A stretch of DNA of 64,000 nucleotides, taken from positions 23,994,001 to 24,058,000 of the forward strand of contig NC_042999.1 of the NCBI RefSeq assembly GCF_006345805.1, in the 5' to 3' direction. Within the stretch, counting starts at the first letter, position 1, and each line of letters begins with the position of its first letter. A program made the position numbers and the translations under genes. The stretch comes from Octopus sinensis (lineage: Eukaryota). Shown here piece by piece: positions 38,471 through 51,592 of this stretch. The notes beneath the pieces are model-generated. The model saw only the letters and a list, made by a program, of their open reading frames with translations. It was not told the DNA's origin and searched no databases.

Positions 38471-38649
38471 CTATCTATCTAACTGTATGTATGTGTACTT
38501 GCAATGTATACATTTGTACATATATGTTTATAATAACGCCCAAAGACACGCAAGTACATATTTTAATTGAAAATATTTTTCTTCATATCCTACCATAATA
38601 TACTTCACATACACACACACAAACACACACGCACACACACACACACACA

Positions 38650-38690
<41 letters not shown>

Positions 38691-39292
38691 TACGTAATCT
38701 TTTTGTAAATATTTATCTCGTATTTGATAGTGTATCACGGATATTTGCTTTGCCGCTACTTCAGTTATATTTAAAAGTCGTGCATATTAACGAACTTTCT
38801 GTAGCATCGATGTTTTTCATTACAATTACAGCTGTTTCATTGCCGTATAATCCACGGCGATTAATAGACAATGGCTAACAATAGGAAGATTTATATTTTT
38901 GTATTAGAACATATATCCTTTATGGATTACTCTTTAATCTCTTATTGTTGACTCAATATCGTTTCTCATAAAATATCAAGTGACTTTCAGTCCATCAAAG
39001 AAAAACAAGTGACGTATTTTATTCAAATAATTATGGATATTGATTGTTTTAATTTAGTGTAAAATACAGTAACTGATAAAAATATAAGTATATTACTGTT
39101 ACTTATTTCGTTATTAGTTTTAAGGGAGATACTCGTAGGATTTTATTTCACCACAAGTACAAATATCTATTGGAAACAACTAGCCTTACGATTTATAATA
39201 CTTTTTCTATATATACTTACTGAAAAAGGAAAACGTATATTTCACTGAAAAAATTATTTGTTTCATTTTGAAACAAGCATTAGTATAGAAAA

Positions 39293-39645
39293 CTTTCTTT
39301 TATCCTTTACTTGATTCAGTCATTAAATTGCGGCCATGCTGAGGCAGTGCCTTGAAGAATTCTTGTCGACTGAATCTACCCTGGTGCTCATTTTTGATGG
39401 ACTAGTTCTTATTCTATTGGTCTGTTTTGCCATACCAACACCGGTTGTCAAGTAGGGAGACAAACACAGATACAAAGACACACACTCGCTCTCTCTCTCT
39501 CCCCATCATTCACACGTATACATACACACATACTTCTTTCAGTCTCCGTCAACCAAATCCACTTACAAGACTTTGGTCGGCCTGAGGCTATAGGAGAAAA
39601 CATTTACCCAAAGTGCCACGCAGTGGGATTGAACTGTGGTTGAAA
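39293..39645 (-). mobile_element. SINE family B, diverged
   Basis: Degenerate family B consensus. Confidence 0.75.
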
Positions 39646-39962
39646 AGTTGAGATGCATGTTTAACTAAATCTTTGTTTGGCTAATAGAAGTGTGTTGGTT
39701 GAAACCTTAGAAGCCTCAACGAAACCTGTGGATATCTTGCCAATAATATGTGATAAGTCTGCCTGAATTTGCGGTGTAAATTCGCGTGTTGGGAATTATA
39801 ATGTATTCTTCGCTATTTGATAGGATCAGAAAATAGCCCCAATATATTCAATGAGAATGAAATATCATTTAATGAATACAGGAGTTATACGAGAGCTACT
39901 TCAAGTTTCATGTTCCGATGATGCGGTGTTCGGACTAGCACTGAGTACGATGCGGCAATTAG

Positions 39963-39985
39963 TTAGACACATAAATCATAGCTAT
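39963..39985 (-). CDS. Gene A probable terminal coding exon (DSYDLCV-stop)
   Basis: tttttcttggtataatcttacag|AT AGC TAT GAT TTA TGT GTC TAA; phase 1; supplies a Cys that could pair with the odd Cys of PAN2; ATTAAA ~90 nt downstream (39868-39873). Confidence 0.5.
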
Positions 39986-40639
39986 CTGTAAGATTATACC
40001 AAGAAAAACTATAGAGGTTATAAGAAAAATGTTAAAAGCTGCAAAAAAAATTAGAGTTGATCCTGATCTTGGAAGCTGGGTTTTTCTCATGTATATATTT
40101 TTCCTCATAAAATAATTAATATAATATTAATATTTTTTATGAGTGGAATCGTACACAGTTCGCTATACTACCAGTTCGAACACCTCACTTTCTGAGCATA
40201 AAACTTGAAGCAGTTCACGCATAACTTCTGTATTCATGAAATAAATACAGTGGTTTCACTCACTGAATTGAGTGTTGTCCTTTTTTGCTAGACATACCAA
40301 ATAGTACACACAGATGCGAGTAACAAGTTAGGAAAAAAAAATTTTAGACCATGGTAGAAATGACTTTTAGCGGTTCTGTAAGATACTTTTTTTCAGACAT
40401 TGGATAAAAACTGGCTTTCAATGGGAAAATATTTGTCATATACAATGACAGCATACTGTTTGTAAATTTTAATATACAGACAAATAGTTTACTTGCCTAT
40501 TAACTGCGAACAAAGTGAATGCCAGATTTGTACCACGAATTTTGTTAAAGAACCCACCCAACCAAAACAGCTGAAAACATTTGAAAGTGGTTTATATCCA
40601 GATTTTTATCATTATTTTATCATTATTATTATTATGCAA

Positions 40640-41068
40640 TGTTATATGGTAGTGAAACATGGGCTACAACAAAGAGAGAAGAACAGAGATTCGAAACGGC
40701 TCAAAGAGCCATAGAAAGGTCAATGCTTGGAATCTCGTTGAGAGAGCACATCAGTAGCGAGATAATCAGAGAGAAGTCCGGCATGAGAGATGTCATCGTA
40801 GAATATACTCGCACCAAGTTTAGATGGGCTGGACACGTCACCCGGCTCACCGATAATCGGTGGACCCGCGCAGTTGTCGAGTGGTACCCGCGCGAGCGGT
40901 AACGACCACTCGGAAGGCCTCCACGATGGTGGAGTTACGATTTCAGGAGGCCGAATGGGATCACGTGGATGAGAAAGGCGCGATCCAGAGAGGAACGGAC
41001 AGCGTGCTGTGACCAGCGGTGTCAATTGGACGCCCGCCGGAATGGTCGGTCAAGGTGATCAAGGTGAT
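40640..41068 (+). mobile_element. RTE-clade LINE 3' fragment
   Basis: LYGSETW...RSMLGISLREHISSEIIR...KFRWAGHVTRLTDNRWT...RPLGRPP; (caaggtgat)2 tail. Confidence 0.88.
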
Positions 41069-43472
41069 TATGGTACGAAGAAACTCTTCGACATTTTATT
41101 AAAAACACAATTGAGCGTGTCTGATGTAATGCTTATTCATATACATTGTGTTAATTAATCATTTAATATATCGTAACTTAAAGAGTTTGATGATGTGACT
41201 GTTAATTTTAAGAATGATATCCCAGAGTAGGTGTGAACGGCTGGAACTGGCCAATTTGAACATAAAACATGTAGAATATCTGGACCTGATATGGCTGCTT
41301 TAAATGCTAACAGCCATTTCTGTCAGATCCTTGAAATTAAACCAAAGTTTACCTACAGTTCCTGAGATTAACGAAGGCCACGATGCAAGGGTTATTGACA
41401 AACAATTAAGAAGATATACCAACATCTGTAAGTATGCAAAAGGAACAGGAACTGTTTTAAAAACTGGTGATCAGAGACTCAAAGAGAAGTAACTCGCAGG
41501 TTTTTACCTAACAATGTGAGAGAAATAACTGATTTGACGATGCAAAGGACATTATAGATTTTTAAAATAGGGAGATTACCTACCAGATGTTTATAAAACA
41601 ACAAAAGCCAAGATCTCAGTTCAAAATTTAATGAGATATTGGAAAAAGTATTATTGGAAAAAAATATTATTAGAAAAATATTATAAATCCTAGTTTTTAT
41701 TATGGCCCATACTGTGTGGAAGTTGCTGGCAGGTGAGTTTTTTTCCTAAATGATATTCCACCTGTCCACTGGCCTTTGGTTTCCCAAGTGTCATTTAGAG
41801 ATACAAGCTTTTGATTATTTAACCTCTTCACTTATTTACAGCTAAGGCGATTGTTAGGAATTTGTAGATCAACAGTTATTTGGAGGTTAGAAAATACAAC
41901 TCAGCGCAAAGCTATCCTAGGTTTGTATGGGTCATGTTGCTTCTTCCCTGTATGATAGTCTTTCATTTCTCACCCCTAATCTCCTTGTCAGCAACCCTAA
42001 TCAGAGATACTTCAGGATTTTCACGATTCAGTTATTTTCCTTATCTTGTGGTCTCACATTCTCTCCTATTCACTGGCTGTTCTCATGTCAAGTAGGTTGA
42101 CAATGACTACACTAAGCTTTGTTAGAATACCCAAATATTTACACCCGCACTGTATATCCATACGTAATTTTAATAAATTAATATTGTGCATGTGGTACAC
42201 ATTAATTGTTTCATTTAATGAATATTTGTTGATTGACAACTAGTTAAGGCCTATACATTTTAGTATTGGTACAGATGAAAACAGATATGAGGATAAAAGC
42301 ATCGATGTATTAATTCTTATTCCAAATATGAAGGGTGATCGTATAGGAAAGATTTGCTTCATAAGACAAATGAACACAAGCTTTGTGTTAAAGAGTAATG
42401 TTTATGTTAGATGGAGGTATTTTGTCTTTTGCCATGCTGGGATTGCAGTATTTCAGGATATAGACTATAAAGCATTATTTGGTTTATATTTGGTTTATAT
42501 ATTACATGTGAGGGTAAGATATCCAGTAGACAATATTAAGAACACATTAATGCTTAAGTCGAAGCTTGAGGAAACTCTGATGGAAAACCGAAGTGTCTCG
42601 ATTGCGCAAATCGATCGTAGGAAACGGATGTAGAGGCAAAAGACCAATCGAGCCGTTTAGTATCTGGTTGCCTCTGAAGTTTCACTTTAGGACAGCGGCA
42701 CCACTCGGAAACGCCTCGCAGTTCTGTTCAGTGAACAAGGGGTTTGAAGTACCCGGGACAGTGACGGCCTTGACCAACTATTGCACTCGGAAAGGGTGAG
42801 TTGGTATTTTTAAAGTGTCTAAAATATCAGAAAACAAGAAAATGAACAAGACAAGCGAAACAAAACAAGAAACAACATTGTCAAATGAGGTAAATTTTTA
42901 TTTTTGGAAATATCATTACATGCTATTGACATATGCAAGAAAGAAAATATGACGGGGTTGGTAGATTGACCTCCACGCAGCAAAGAAGATTAAATGTTTC
43001 GTCCTGAAAAATAATTTAAAAAATGTTTAATTATTTATTCCAGCTTACAAACGCTTACAAAACCAGGGACGCCCAGTTTAGCCGCACAGCTTGGCAAGTT
43101 GTGCCACTTTATCAGAACCGACACTCTTGCAAGCATCTGCGCCAGATCTTTGGTGTCAGGATATATTCCTTCACCCCTTCCACTATAACTGGAGCACTTA
43201 TCAAAGGCAAGGGCATTTTCTCGTTCTTCGTGATATATAAAACAATTTTATGCAGTTATTGTACTGATAGTCGAGTTCGTAAGTGGAACTTACTGCGATA
43301 GCCGCACGGTTTTCTGAGTTTATGTTTTATAATACAGTATATGCAATTGTGTTTTATCAAACTGAAAAACCCATTTACTGGGGTTTTCGTCTCTTATTGA
43401 CGTACTGTGTTAAAACCTCTAAATATAGGAGGGAGATGAAAATTTGCCCCAGCACCCGCTAGCGAGAACGCT

Positions 43473-43527
<55 letters not shown>

Positions 43528-43641
43528 ATATATATATATATATATATCTTTCTCCGTCTTCACTTTGAACTTTTTCTTTTTTTTTCTATATTTTTGACGA
43601 AGAGCTCCACTCGAAATGTGAAATCCCCCTCCACCCCTCCA

Positions 43642-43682
<41 letters not shown>

Positions 43683-43825
43683 TATATATATATATATATA
43701 TAGGTATATATGTGTAGGTAGGTATTATATACATATATATATATTATTTATATATATATACATATATATAATATATATATATATATAGGTAGGTATTATA
43801 TACATATATATATATATATATTATT

Positions 43826-43892
<67 letters not shown>

Positions 43893-43896
<4 letters not shown>

Positions 43897-45605
43897 TAAT
43901 ATTAATTAGAGACAAAACCACTATTTTGCAAAACAAACAAGGAAAGACTTAATTGAGGTTTATACGTATGTATAGGTATGTGTGAGTGGGGTGGGTATTT
44001 GTATATGTTGTGGGTGTGTGGTTTACGTGTGTGTATTTGTGTGTGAATGTATAGGTTAGGGGGATTGCTATATAGGTATGTTATAGTGTTTAGTAAAGGG
44101 AGGTTTTATCATTATATGTATTTATGAGTTTTCGTTTATCATGGTAGTTTTGTTAAAGAATTTGTAGTAATTTCTGTATATTTAAGATGTTTGATATTTT
44201 ATTACATTATTCCATTCATAATTTTTAAGTAATGTTCGTTTACCACGCGAAAAGAATTTTTAATTCCATATATTCCATTCATAATTTTAAATGACGTTCG
44301 TTTACATAGCGCGAAGACTTTTTATACATATGTTAGGTTCCTATGGTAACGTACTTTTGTTTGACGTTATAACGGCTAGAGTTTAATTTCACTTCATAAA
44401 TTGAAACTGATTTGAAAGTATGTATATATTTTTTTCTCCTTATGTTAATCATGTTACTTATGATATTCTGGTTAATTATGGAGTATTTTCTATATCGTAT
44501 TATGTGTAGTAATGTAGTTTTTCTTTTGAGTGTTTATGTATGTGTGAATGTGTGTGTGTGTGTGTGCGTATTTTGGTTGTGTAATTTATTTATCTGTATG
44601 AGTGTGGGTGTGAACATATTGTTGTATATATCGAGTTTAGTACGTATGTATATGTATTTGTGAGGGGGTATACGTATATGGTGTGTGTGTGTGTTTTACG
44701 TATGTGTATTTGTGTGTGAATGTATATATGGAGATTGCTATATAGGTATTATTGTGTATGGTTAAAGGGAGTTTTATCATTATATGTATATATGGGTTTC
44801 TTTTATCATGATGGTTTATTAATGATTTGGAGTAAATTCTGTATATTTACGTTGATTATATATTATTCCATTCATAATTTTTTAAAATACGTTCGATCAC
44901 CACGTGTAAAGAATTGTTTATTTTTATTTTGAGTGTTTATGTATGTGTGAATGTGGGTGTGTGTGTGTGTGTGACTGTTTGAGTAATTTATTTATCTGTA
45001 TAGATGTGGGTGTGAGTATATTGGTGTATATATCGAGTTCTGTATGTATGTATATGTATGTGTGAGCGGGTATATGTATATTGTTTATGTATGTGGGTTG
45101 TATGTGTGTGTGAGGGAGTATGAATAAGTAATGTGTTGAAGTATTTGGCTATTTTATTTATTTATCGTTGCCTAGACGTTTTTATGTGTATGTATAGGGA
45201 TATATATATAGGTGTGTGAGTTAGTGTATGTATTTAGATATGGTTATATATACTTAGTTATAAGTGTATGCGTATGTGTGTATATATAGTTTATTTATCT
45301 TTTTGTTTTATATTTAATTGTTGATAGGGTTTATTTTAGATTATATATTGATTATATATGGACTATATATAGGTTATATATAGATTATATATTTATATGT
45401 TTTTTTATTATTTTAAAATTATTTTAAACTTATATTTTAATATATTGATATTTTAGATCGGAAATCCACCTGAAGATTGTCATTGAAGACATGAAACAAT
45501 TGTAGTGGCGGTTTTTTTACTTTTTATTAAAATTTTATGTATTGATTAAGTCTTTTCTTGTTTGTTTTGCAAAATAGTGGTTTTGTCTCTAATTAATATT
45601 ATATA
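43893..45605 (+). mobile_element. Non-coding Penelope-like element with 61-bp inverted termini and hammerhead motif
   Basis: 43893-43953 is the reverse complement of 45545-45605 (1 mismatch); hammerhead motif at 45466-45508; internal duplications; no ORF. Confidence 0.7.
45466..45508 (+). ncRNA. Minimal type I hammerhead ribozyme motif
   Basis: CCAC-CTGAAGA-TTGTC(ATTGAA)GACAT-GAAA-C(AATT)G-TA/GTGG: stem I 4 bp, palindromic stem III loop, GUA site. Confidence 0.7.
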
Positions 45606-45845
45606 ATATTTTACTATAAAATTGGATTTAATCCTAAATCTGATTTTTTTCCCTGTAAATTTGGATTTATTCCCTAATATTTATTATTATATAATATATA
45701 TATATGCATATAATACCTACCTACACATCACATACACAAACACACATACACTTATATAATGTAAACTTTCTTAGAAGCCTGTGTCAACATTAGCCTCGTA
45801 CAGTCTCGTTCTATAACATCAGCATTTATAATTAAAATATCTCAC

Positions 45846-46058
45846 CGTAAAAGGTCCATGGCTCGTTACCGTATAATTCAAAACTATTCCTATTGGTTGG
45901 TATTACTTTGCATATTTGCTTGCTTTCGGAATACTCATCGGCTACGCATTGCTTTATAACGCACAATGCAGAGCAATCGGCAAAGGTCTTTACTGCATGA
46001 TATTCAACTAGTTTGCTACATTCGGCGACACTTGCTCCTTTAATGATATTTTTAAATC
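45846..46058 (-). CDS. Gene A exon, second (divergent) PAN/apple-like domain
   Basis: ttcaatttttttcaag|GA...TACG|gtgaga; 213 nt, phase 1-1, stop-free; GFKNIIKGASVAECSKLVEYHAVKTFADCSALCVIKQCVADEYSESKQICKVIPTNRNSFELYGNEPWTFY. Not in ORF track. Confidence 0.8.
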
Positions 46059-46221
46059 CTTGAAAAAAATTGAAAGAAAAAACATGTATGTGAGATTAGA
46101 ATGGATGATCACGTTTATGTTTTGAACACTATGTTTCTGCCTCTGTATGTGTGTGTGTGTATGTATGTAAATAAAGAAATAATAATAACAATAACAATAA
46201 CAATAATAATAATAATAATAA

Positions 46222-46265
<44 letters not shown>

Positions 46266-46267
<2 letters not shown>

Positions 46268-47197
46268 GCGCAAAAAAAAAGAAACCTCTGCACGGCAAAT
46301 ATGTGGCCCGCAGCAAACAAGCTGATGTTGACCAGAAGCAAACCCATCAGTGGCTACGGAGCTCAGGGCTAAAAGCAGAGAGCGAAGGTTTCATCCTGGC
46401 TGCTCAAGATCAAAGCCTATTAACCCGGAACTACCAGGCCAATGTGATGAAAAATGGAGCAGACCCAAAATGCCGATTCTGCAACGACATGATTGAAACA
46501 GTGGACCACCTAATCTCTGGATGTAAAGTCTTAGCACCAGTGGAATATAAATTAAGACATGACAGAGTTGGCCAATATCTACACTGGCTAATAAGCCGGC
46601 ATTACAATATCAAAACTGCCGACAAGTGGCATAATCACCACCCTGAAGCTGTAACTGAAGGAGAAAATGTAACGACTATGTGGGACTTTCCAGTACATAC
46701 AGACCGAACCATCAAAGCCAATAAAGCAGATATTGTTGTGAAAGACAAAAACAATAAAGTTTGCTTATTGATCGACATGAGCATCCCCTGTGATCATAAT
46801 ATCTCGGCGAAAGAGTTTGACAAGCTCAGAAAATATAAAGACCTGCTCATTGAAATTGAGAAACTGTGAAATCTCAAGGCGGTTACAATACCAGTGATCG
46901 TAGGAGCACTAGGAATGATCAAGAAGGGAACCGAAAATTATATGAGAATGATCCCTGGCTTACCATCCCTGCAAGAAGTGCAAAAGATTGTTTTAACTGG
47001 TACATCACACGTATTGAGAAGAGCATTGTCGATGTGAGAACTGTTGCTGCTCATGTATTTTAATTTAAAAAAAAAAAAACCAACTATTGAGTTTGGTTTA
47101 ATGGCCTACCAATGTATACTATGAGTTTCTTTGCCCTAGGAGTCGGGAAGACACTCGGCAAGAAATGGAAGCAAATTTGAAAGAAGAAAAAAAAAGT
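46266..47197 (+). mobile_element. 5'-truncated R4/Dong-like LINE (CCHC knuckle and restriction-like endonuclease) inside an (AAT)n tract
   Basis: CRFCNDMIETVDHLISGC, RHDRV, ANKADIVV, IDMSIP, K-Y-DL motifs; one in-frame TGA at 46867; (AAT)n at 46181-46264 and 47198-47266. Confidence 0.9.
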
Positions 47198-47200
47198 AAC

Positions 47201-47268
<68 letters not shown>

Positions 47269-47771
47269 CAATATTGGGTTGAAAATACTAGTTTGGATGG
47301 TAAAATTTCGACGCCTTCGACTTTTTCTATTCAGAAGTGTTTTTCAGCCCAATATCTTCATGCTCTATTTTTTATAGCTTCATGTGTGCTTCGAGATCTA
47401 GTTCGAAAAAACGAATTATGGCATGTTCCCTAGAAATTTTATAGATATACAAAACCGCTACAAGACATACACACACAAACAGAAAGACAAACACGCACAT
47501 ACACGCACGCGCACACACGCATTATATATGTACATGTATGCATGTATGTGCGTAAGTATATAACATACGTACACACACATTATCCAGAAATATGCGCGAA
47601 TGAATATCGATAAAGTGGCGTTCGAGTAGTTTCAAAAGGTTGTGTAAATGTATTGGTTTTAAACAGGAAGTGAAATAACCTCACAGGATCGATTTTTTGC
47701 AAACTTACACCTGCTTCTGTCGCTCCTCCTACACTCTCACACGAAAATATATATTTCATACTATTACTTAC

Positions 47772-48005
47772 CTTTACGTTGATAATAATCTCTGTTTTTA
47801 CAATCGATGGATCTCAAAACATTGTTTGAAGCCGCATTTCTAGAGAGCAATTCACAAATTTCGTGGTCGTTGTCATAGTTGAAAGACCGGCATCCTTTTA
47901 ATTCCTGGCATTTCTTCGCGCACAAATTAGGGTGTGGAACCACATACGTAAAGATGGGTATCGTATCTAACTTAGCATTCTGTACACGAATGAAATCTGT
48001 CGACC
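47772..48005 (-). CDS. Gene A exon, PAN/apple domain 1
   Basis: attattttag|GG...AAAG|gtaagt; 234 nt, phase 1-1; CAKKCQELKGCRSFNYDNDHEICEL...DYYQR PAN signature. Confidence 0.9.
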
Positions 48006-48269
48006 CTAAAAATAATAAAATAAAATAATTATATAAATATTCATGGTTCAATTTCGTCATGTTGGACTGCTGAAATCTACAAGTTCTTTTCATTCTCTCT
48101 CTGTTAATTTTCTCTTATTAGTTTCTGTTGAAGAGCGTAGACTCGAAATGTAAAAGACTTTTTTCATTTTTCCCGAGCGTCAAACTAATACACTTGCTGT
48201 TGTTCATATACCTGTCTTCGTCGTTTGTTTTTCTATAAATTTCACCTATATAGTTTTATAGTTTACTTA

Positions 48270-48960
48270 AGCTTAAAAATTGGCTTGTTTGTAGTTGTTG
48301 GGGTTTGCGCCCTTGCAGCCCGTTGTTGCATTCGCCATTTGTCGGTATATTTCCGGGTTCTTCCAAGCGACCTCTTTAACAGAGTCCCAGGCGGTCCCCA
48401 TCTTTGCAAGATACCTCTTCATCTGCCTTGGCCACGTGGCACGTGGTTGACCAACAAGAGCCGTCAACCCAGTCAGATCCTCAGTGAAGAGAACACGACA
48501 AACAGCGTCTAGCTCGGAAAATCGAACAACATGGCCAAACAGCCTGAATTGGCGCTCCTGAATCATAGAAATAACATACACATGCCGGTTTCTCAGTAAA
48601 GTCGTTGGTTGGACGCGAAATCCGACCAAAAGTAATCCATAATCTTGCGAAGTGTCCTGGTACCAAAAGAGTTCAGCCGGCTCGTAAAGGCTCCAGACTA
48701 AGGCCATGCTGGAGCACAACCTGTGTGTGTGTCTTCTATGATCTCGGGCATCCTCCATCCAATTGCGCTCAAATTTGATATGTCGTCGATACCGACGGTA
48801 TCAGGGCGTGTATAAGTCTTGAAAAATTACAAAAATCGATTCCAGGTAAGAATGCGATCGATGAAGCCGTTTTTGTCCTGCTTTTCTTCCGTGAACCTGT
48901 ACATAACTGCACCTTCCATTTTTTGTTGTTTTTGTACTGCTTAAAGGCACATATCTTTCC
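48270..48960 (-). mobile_element. Internally deleted RTE-clade LINE remnant
   Basis: IQERQFRLFGHVVRF...GQPRATW C-terminal motif plus degraded RT segment (IDRIL). Confidence 0.75.
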
Positions 48961-49366
48961 TGCCAAGCTTACTGTTTCAACCGTGTTTGTGTTCTCCCAG
49001 TCAACAGCCTTATCATTACTTTTACTTTAAATTCTTCGGTTGCATATTTGTGTAAATAAAATCGTTTTTCTTTGGAATAGAAAAAAAATCTATCTTTATT
49101 TCTTCTTTTGCTGGTGTCTCAAATTTAGATTAAATCAGTGTTTCTCAAAGGGGAGGCCTATGGGACGGTCGGACAAGTTGTTTTGAGAAAATTTGGTTTA
49201 AATGTTTGACAACTCAGCACCACCCATTGGACGGGGGGAGTTTTGCTCGTATATATATATAAAAGATAAACACTTCTTGAAATATATCTAAACTAATGTT
49301 TCTACAAAAATTTCATTATAATCTTTATGAATCTTTATGAAGTTTAACAAAGATTGGCATACTTAC

Positions 49367-49550
49367 CCAGCATTTCACATTTGCCTTTGTAAAATGTGAA
49401 TCCATCGTCGCAGAAACAGCCACGTTTGCCATCCTTAATTCTGCATTGGCTGTTTTCACCACAGGGAACTTTCGGTTTCATAATTACTTTCCGACCTTCT
49501 TGGCATTCGGTTTTATTTAGACAATCCGAAGAGTAATAACCTTCCAGCAC
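49367..49550 (-). CDS. Gene A exon, TILa/EGF-like Cys-rich module
   Basis: ttgtcttag|GTG...CTGG|gtaagt; 184 nt, phase 0-1; YYSSDC...PCGENSQCRIKDGKRGCFCDDGF, similar to the module after TIL in zonadhesin/FCGBP-type repeats. Confidence 0.88.
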
Positions 49551-49679
49551 CTAAGACAAATATTTTCATGACAACAATTATTTAAAAAATGCAATACACA
49601 TACAGAATATGTGTACATACATACATTCATACACACACCGTGTATGTATATATATTCATATATATATATATATATAATA

Positions 49680-49760
49680 TATATATATATATACACATAT
49701 GTGCTCATACATACATACACACACCCACATAGACATATATACACACACACATGTATATAT

Positions 49761-49824
<64 letters not shown>

Positions 49825-49874
49825 GTGCTCATACATACATACACACCCCCACATAGACATATATACACACACAC

Positions 49875-49931
<57 letters not shown>

Positions 49932-50000
49932 TACGCACATGTGCTCATACATACATACACACACCCACATAGACATATATACACGTGTATATATATATAT
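49680..50000. repeat. Three-copy ~120-bp compound microsatellite unit
   Basis: Marker gtgctcatacatacatacac at 49701, 49825 and 49941. Confidence 0.85.
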
Positions 50001-50722
50001 ATTTTTATGTGTGTGTGTCTTTGTTTCTCTGCTTGTCCAGCCATCACCGCTTGACAACTGGTGCCGGAGTATTTACATCCCCATAACTTAGCGGTTCGGT
50101 GAAACGACAGACAGAATAAATTCCAAGCCTTGAAGAATAGGTCTTGAGATCGACTTTTGCAACTAAAGTCCTTCAAGGCGGTGCTGTAGCATGATCGCAG
50201 TTAACTGACTGAAACAAGTGATACATCTTATTTGCTTCAGTCATTGTACCACAGCTATGCAGGGGCATCGTTTTGAAGGGTTTCAGGCAAATAAGGGACC
50301 CCAACACTTTAGTCTGGTACACATTCTATATGTTTCTTTGGCTGAATTGCTAAGTTGCAGGGGCAAATCAGGTTGTCAAGCGATGATGGGACACACACAC
50401 ACACACACAGAGGAACGAACACATACATACACATGCACACATACTTACATACGCAGATACACATGCGTACAAACGCACAACACACACTCGCAAACGAACG
50501 TACACATACACACACATGCACGCACTTATACACCCACATATGCATACACACACACACACATTCACACTAAACACACACACACGACGGGATCCTTCGTGGT
50601 TTCCGTCTCCGAAATTCCCTCACAAAGCATTGGTCAGCCGGGGTTTATAGTAGAAGCCTTGTGGGACTAAACCTGAAACCATATCGTTACAAAGTAGCTC
50701 CTTAACCACTTAGCCATGCCTG
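50000..50722. mobile_element. Inverted pair of diverged family B SINEs (50000-50218 plus; 50222-50722 minus)
   Basis: Two tails meet around gactgaaacaagtgatacatcttatttgcttcagtc. Confidence 0.7.
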
Positions 50723-50776
50723 CGCTTCTCTCTTCTTCTCCCTCTCTCTCTTCCCCTCCCTTTCTCCCTCTCTCTG

Positions 50777-50817
<41 letters not shown>

Positions 50818-50893
50818 GCACAGATACATATACGTCACTGAATGCGTAGATAAGTATTGTGGTGTTTTCTTAAAGAGCGATAGCAATCCTTTT

Positions 50894-51131
50894 AGGCGTT
50901 TATAAGCCATTTAAAAACGCAAAAATGCCCGTCAGATTCACTACAATATTTAAATTTAATTTGTGTCAAAATATTTTCGTCGCTTTGAAACCGCGACGTG
51001 CTCACTGACAAAATTCCGCCAGTGAACACGTCGCAGTTTCAAAGGGACGAAAATATTTTAACAAATTAAATTTAAGTGTTGAAGTGAATCAAACGGGTTT
51101 TTGCGTGTTTTTAAATGGTTTATAAACACCT
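50894..51131. repeat. 238-bp foldback (palindromic MITE-like element)
   Basis: Arms ~113 nt, roughly 85% complementary by eye, ~10-nt loop. Confidence 0.85.
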
Positions 51132-51401
51132 TCCACGCTGCAATTGTTTTTGTTTCAGCACACAATCTGAGATCAGGTCACTTGCTATGCAAGTACATCT
51201 CCGTAAATCCTTTTAGAATATTAAATATAGAAAATACCATTTACAAAGATATAAAAAATATGCAGCCATAGAAATATGTAATTAATTCTGATTTCCAGTT
51301 TGAAATTCCTTGGAGGCGGTGCACCAGCATAGCCCCCGTCCAATGACAGAAACAAGCCGAAGATAAAAGACAATAAATGGGTTTTCACTTCCAAAACTTA
51401 C

Positions 51402-51592
51402 TGGTAGATAACGATTTTCATTTTGACAGCCACATTTTGATTTAGGAACACATTCCGAACCACTAAGAATATAATCAGGTTCGCATACACAACCGTCGGT
51501 ATACGTTGTGCAATTTGGAGAAGTATTCACGCATGTTGGTTGGCAAGTGGGAGTTCGGATCTTGTAGATTTGTTTATTTGGACAAACTTTTG
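51402..51592 (-). CDS. Gene A exon, TIL domain
   Basis: atttcag|CA...CCA|gtaagt; 191 nt, phase 1-0; CPNKQIY...CQPTC...C...DGCVCEPDYILSGSECVPKSKCGC. Confidence 0.92.
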
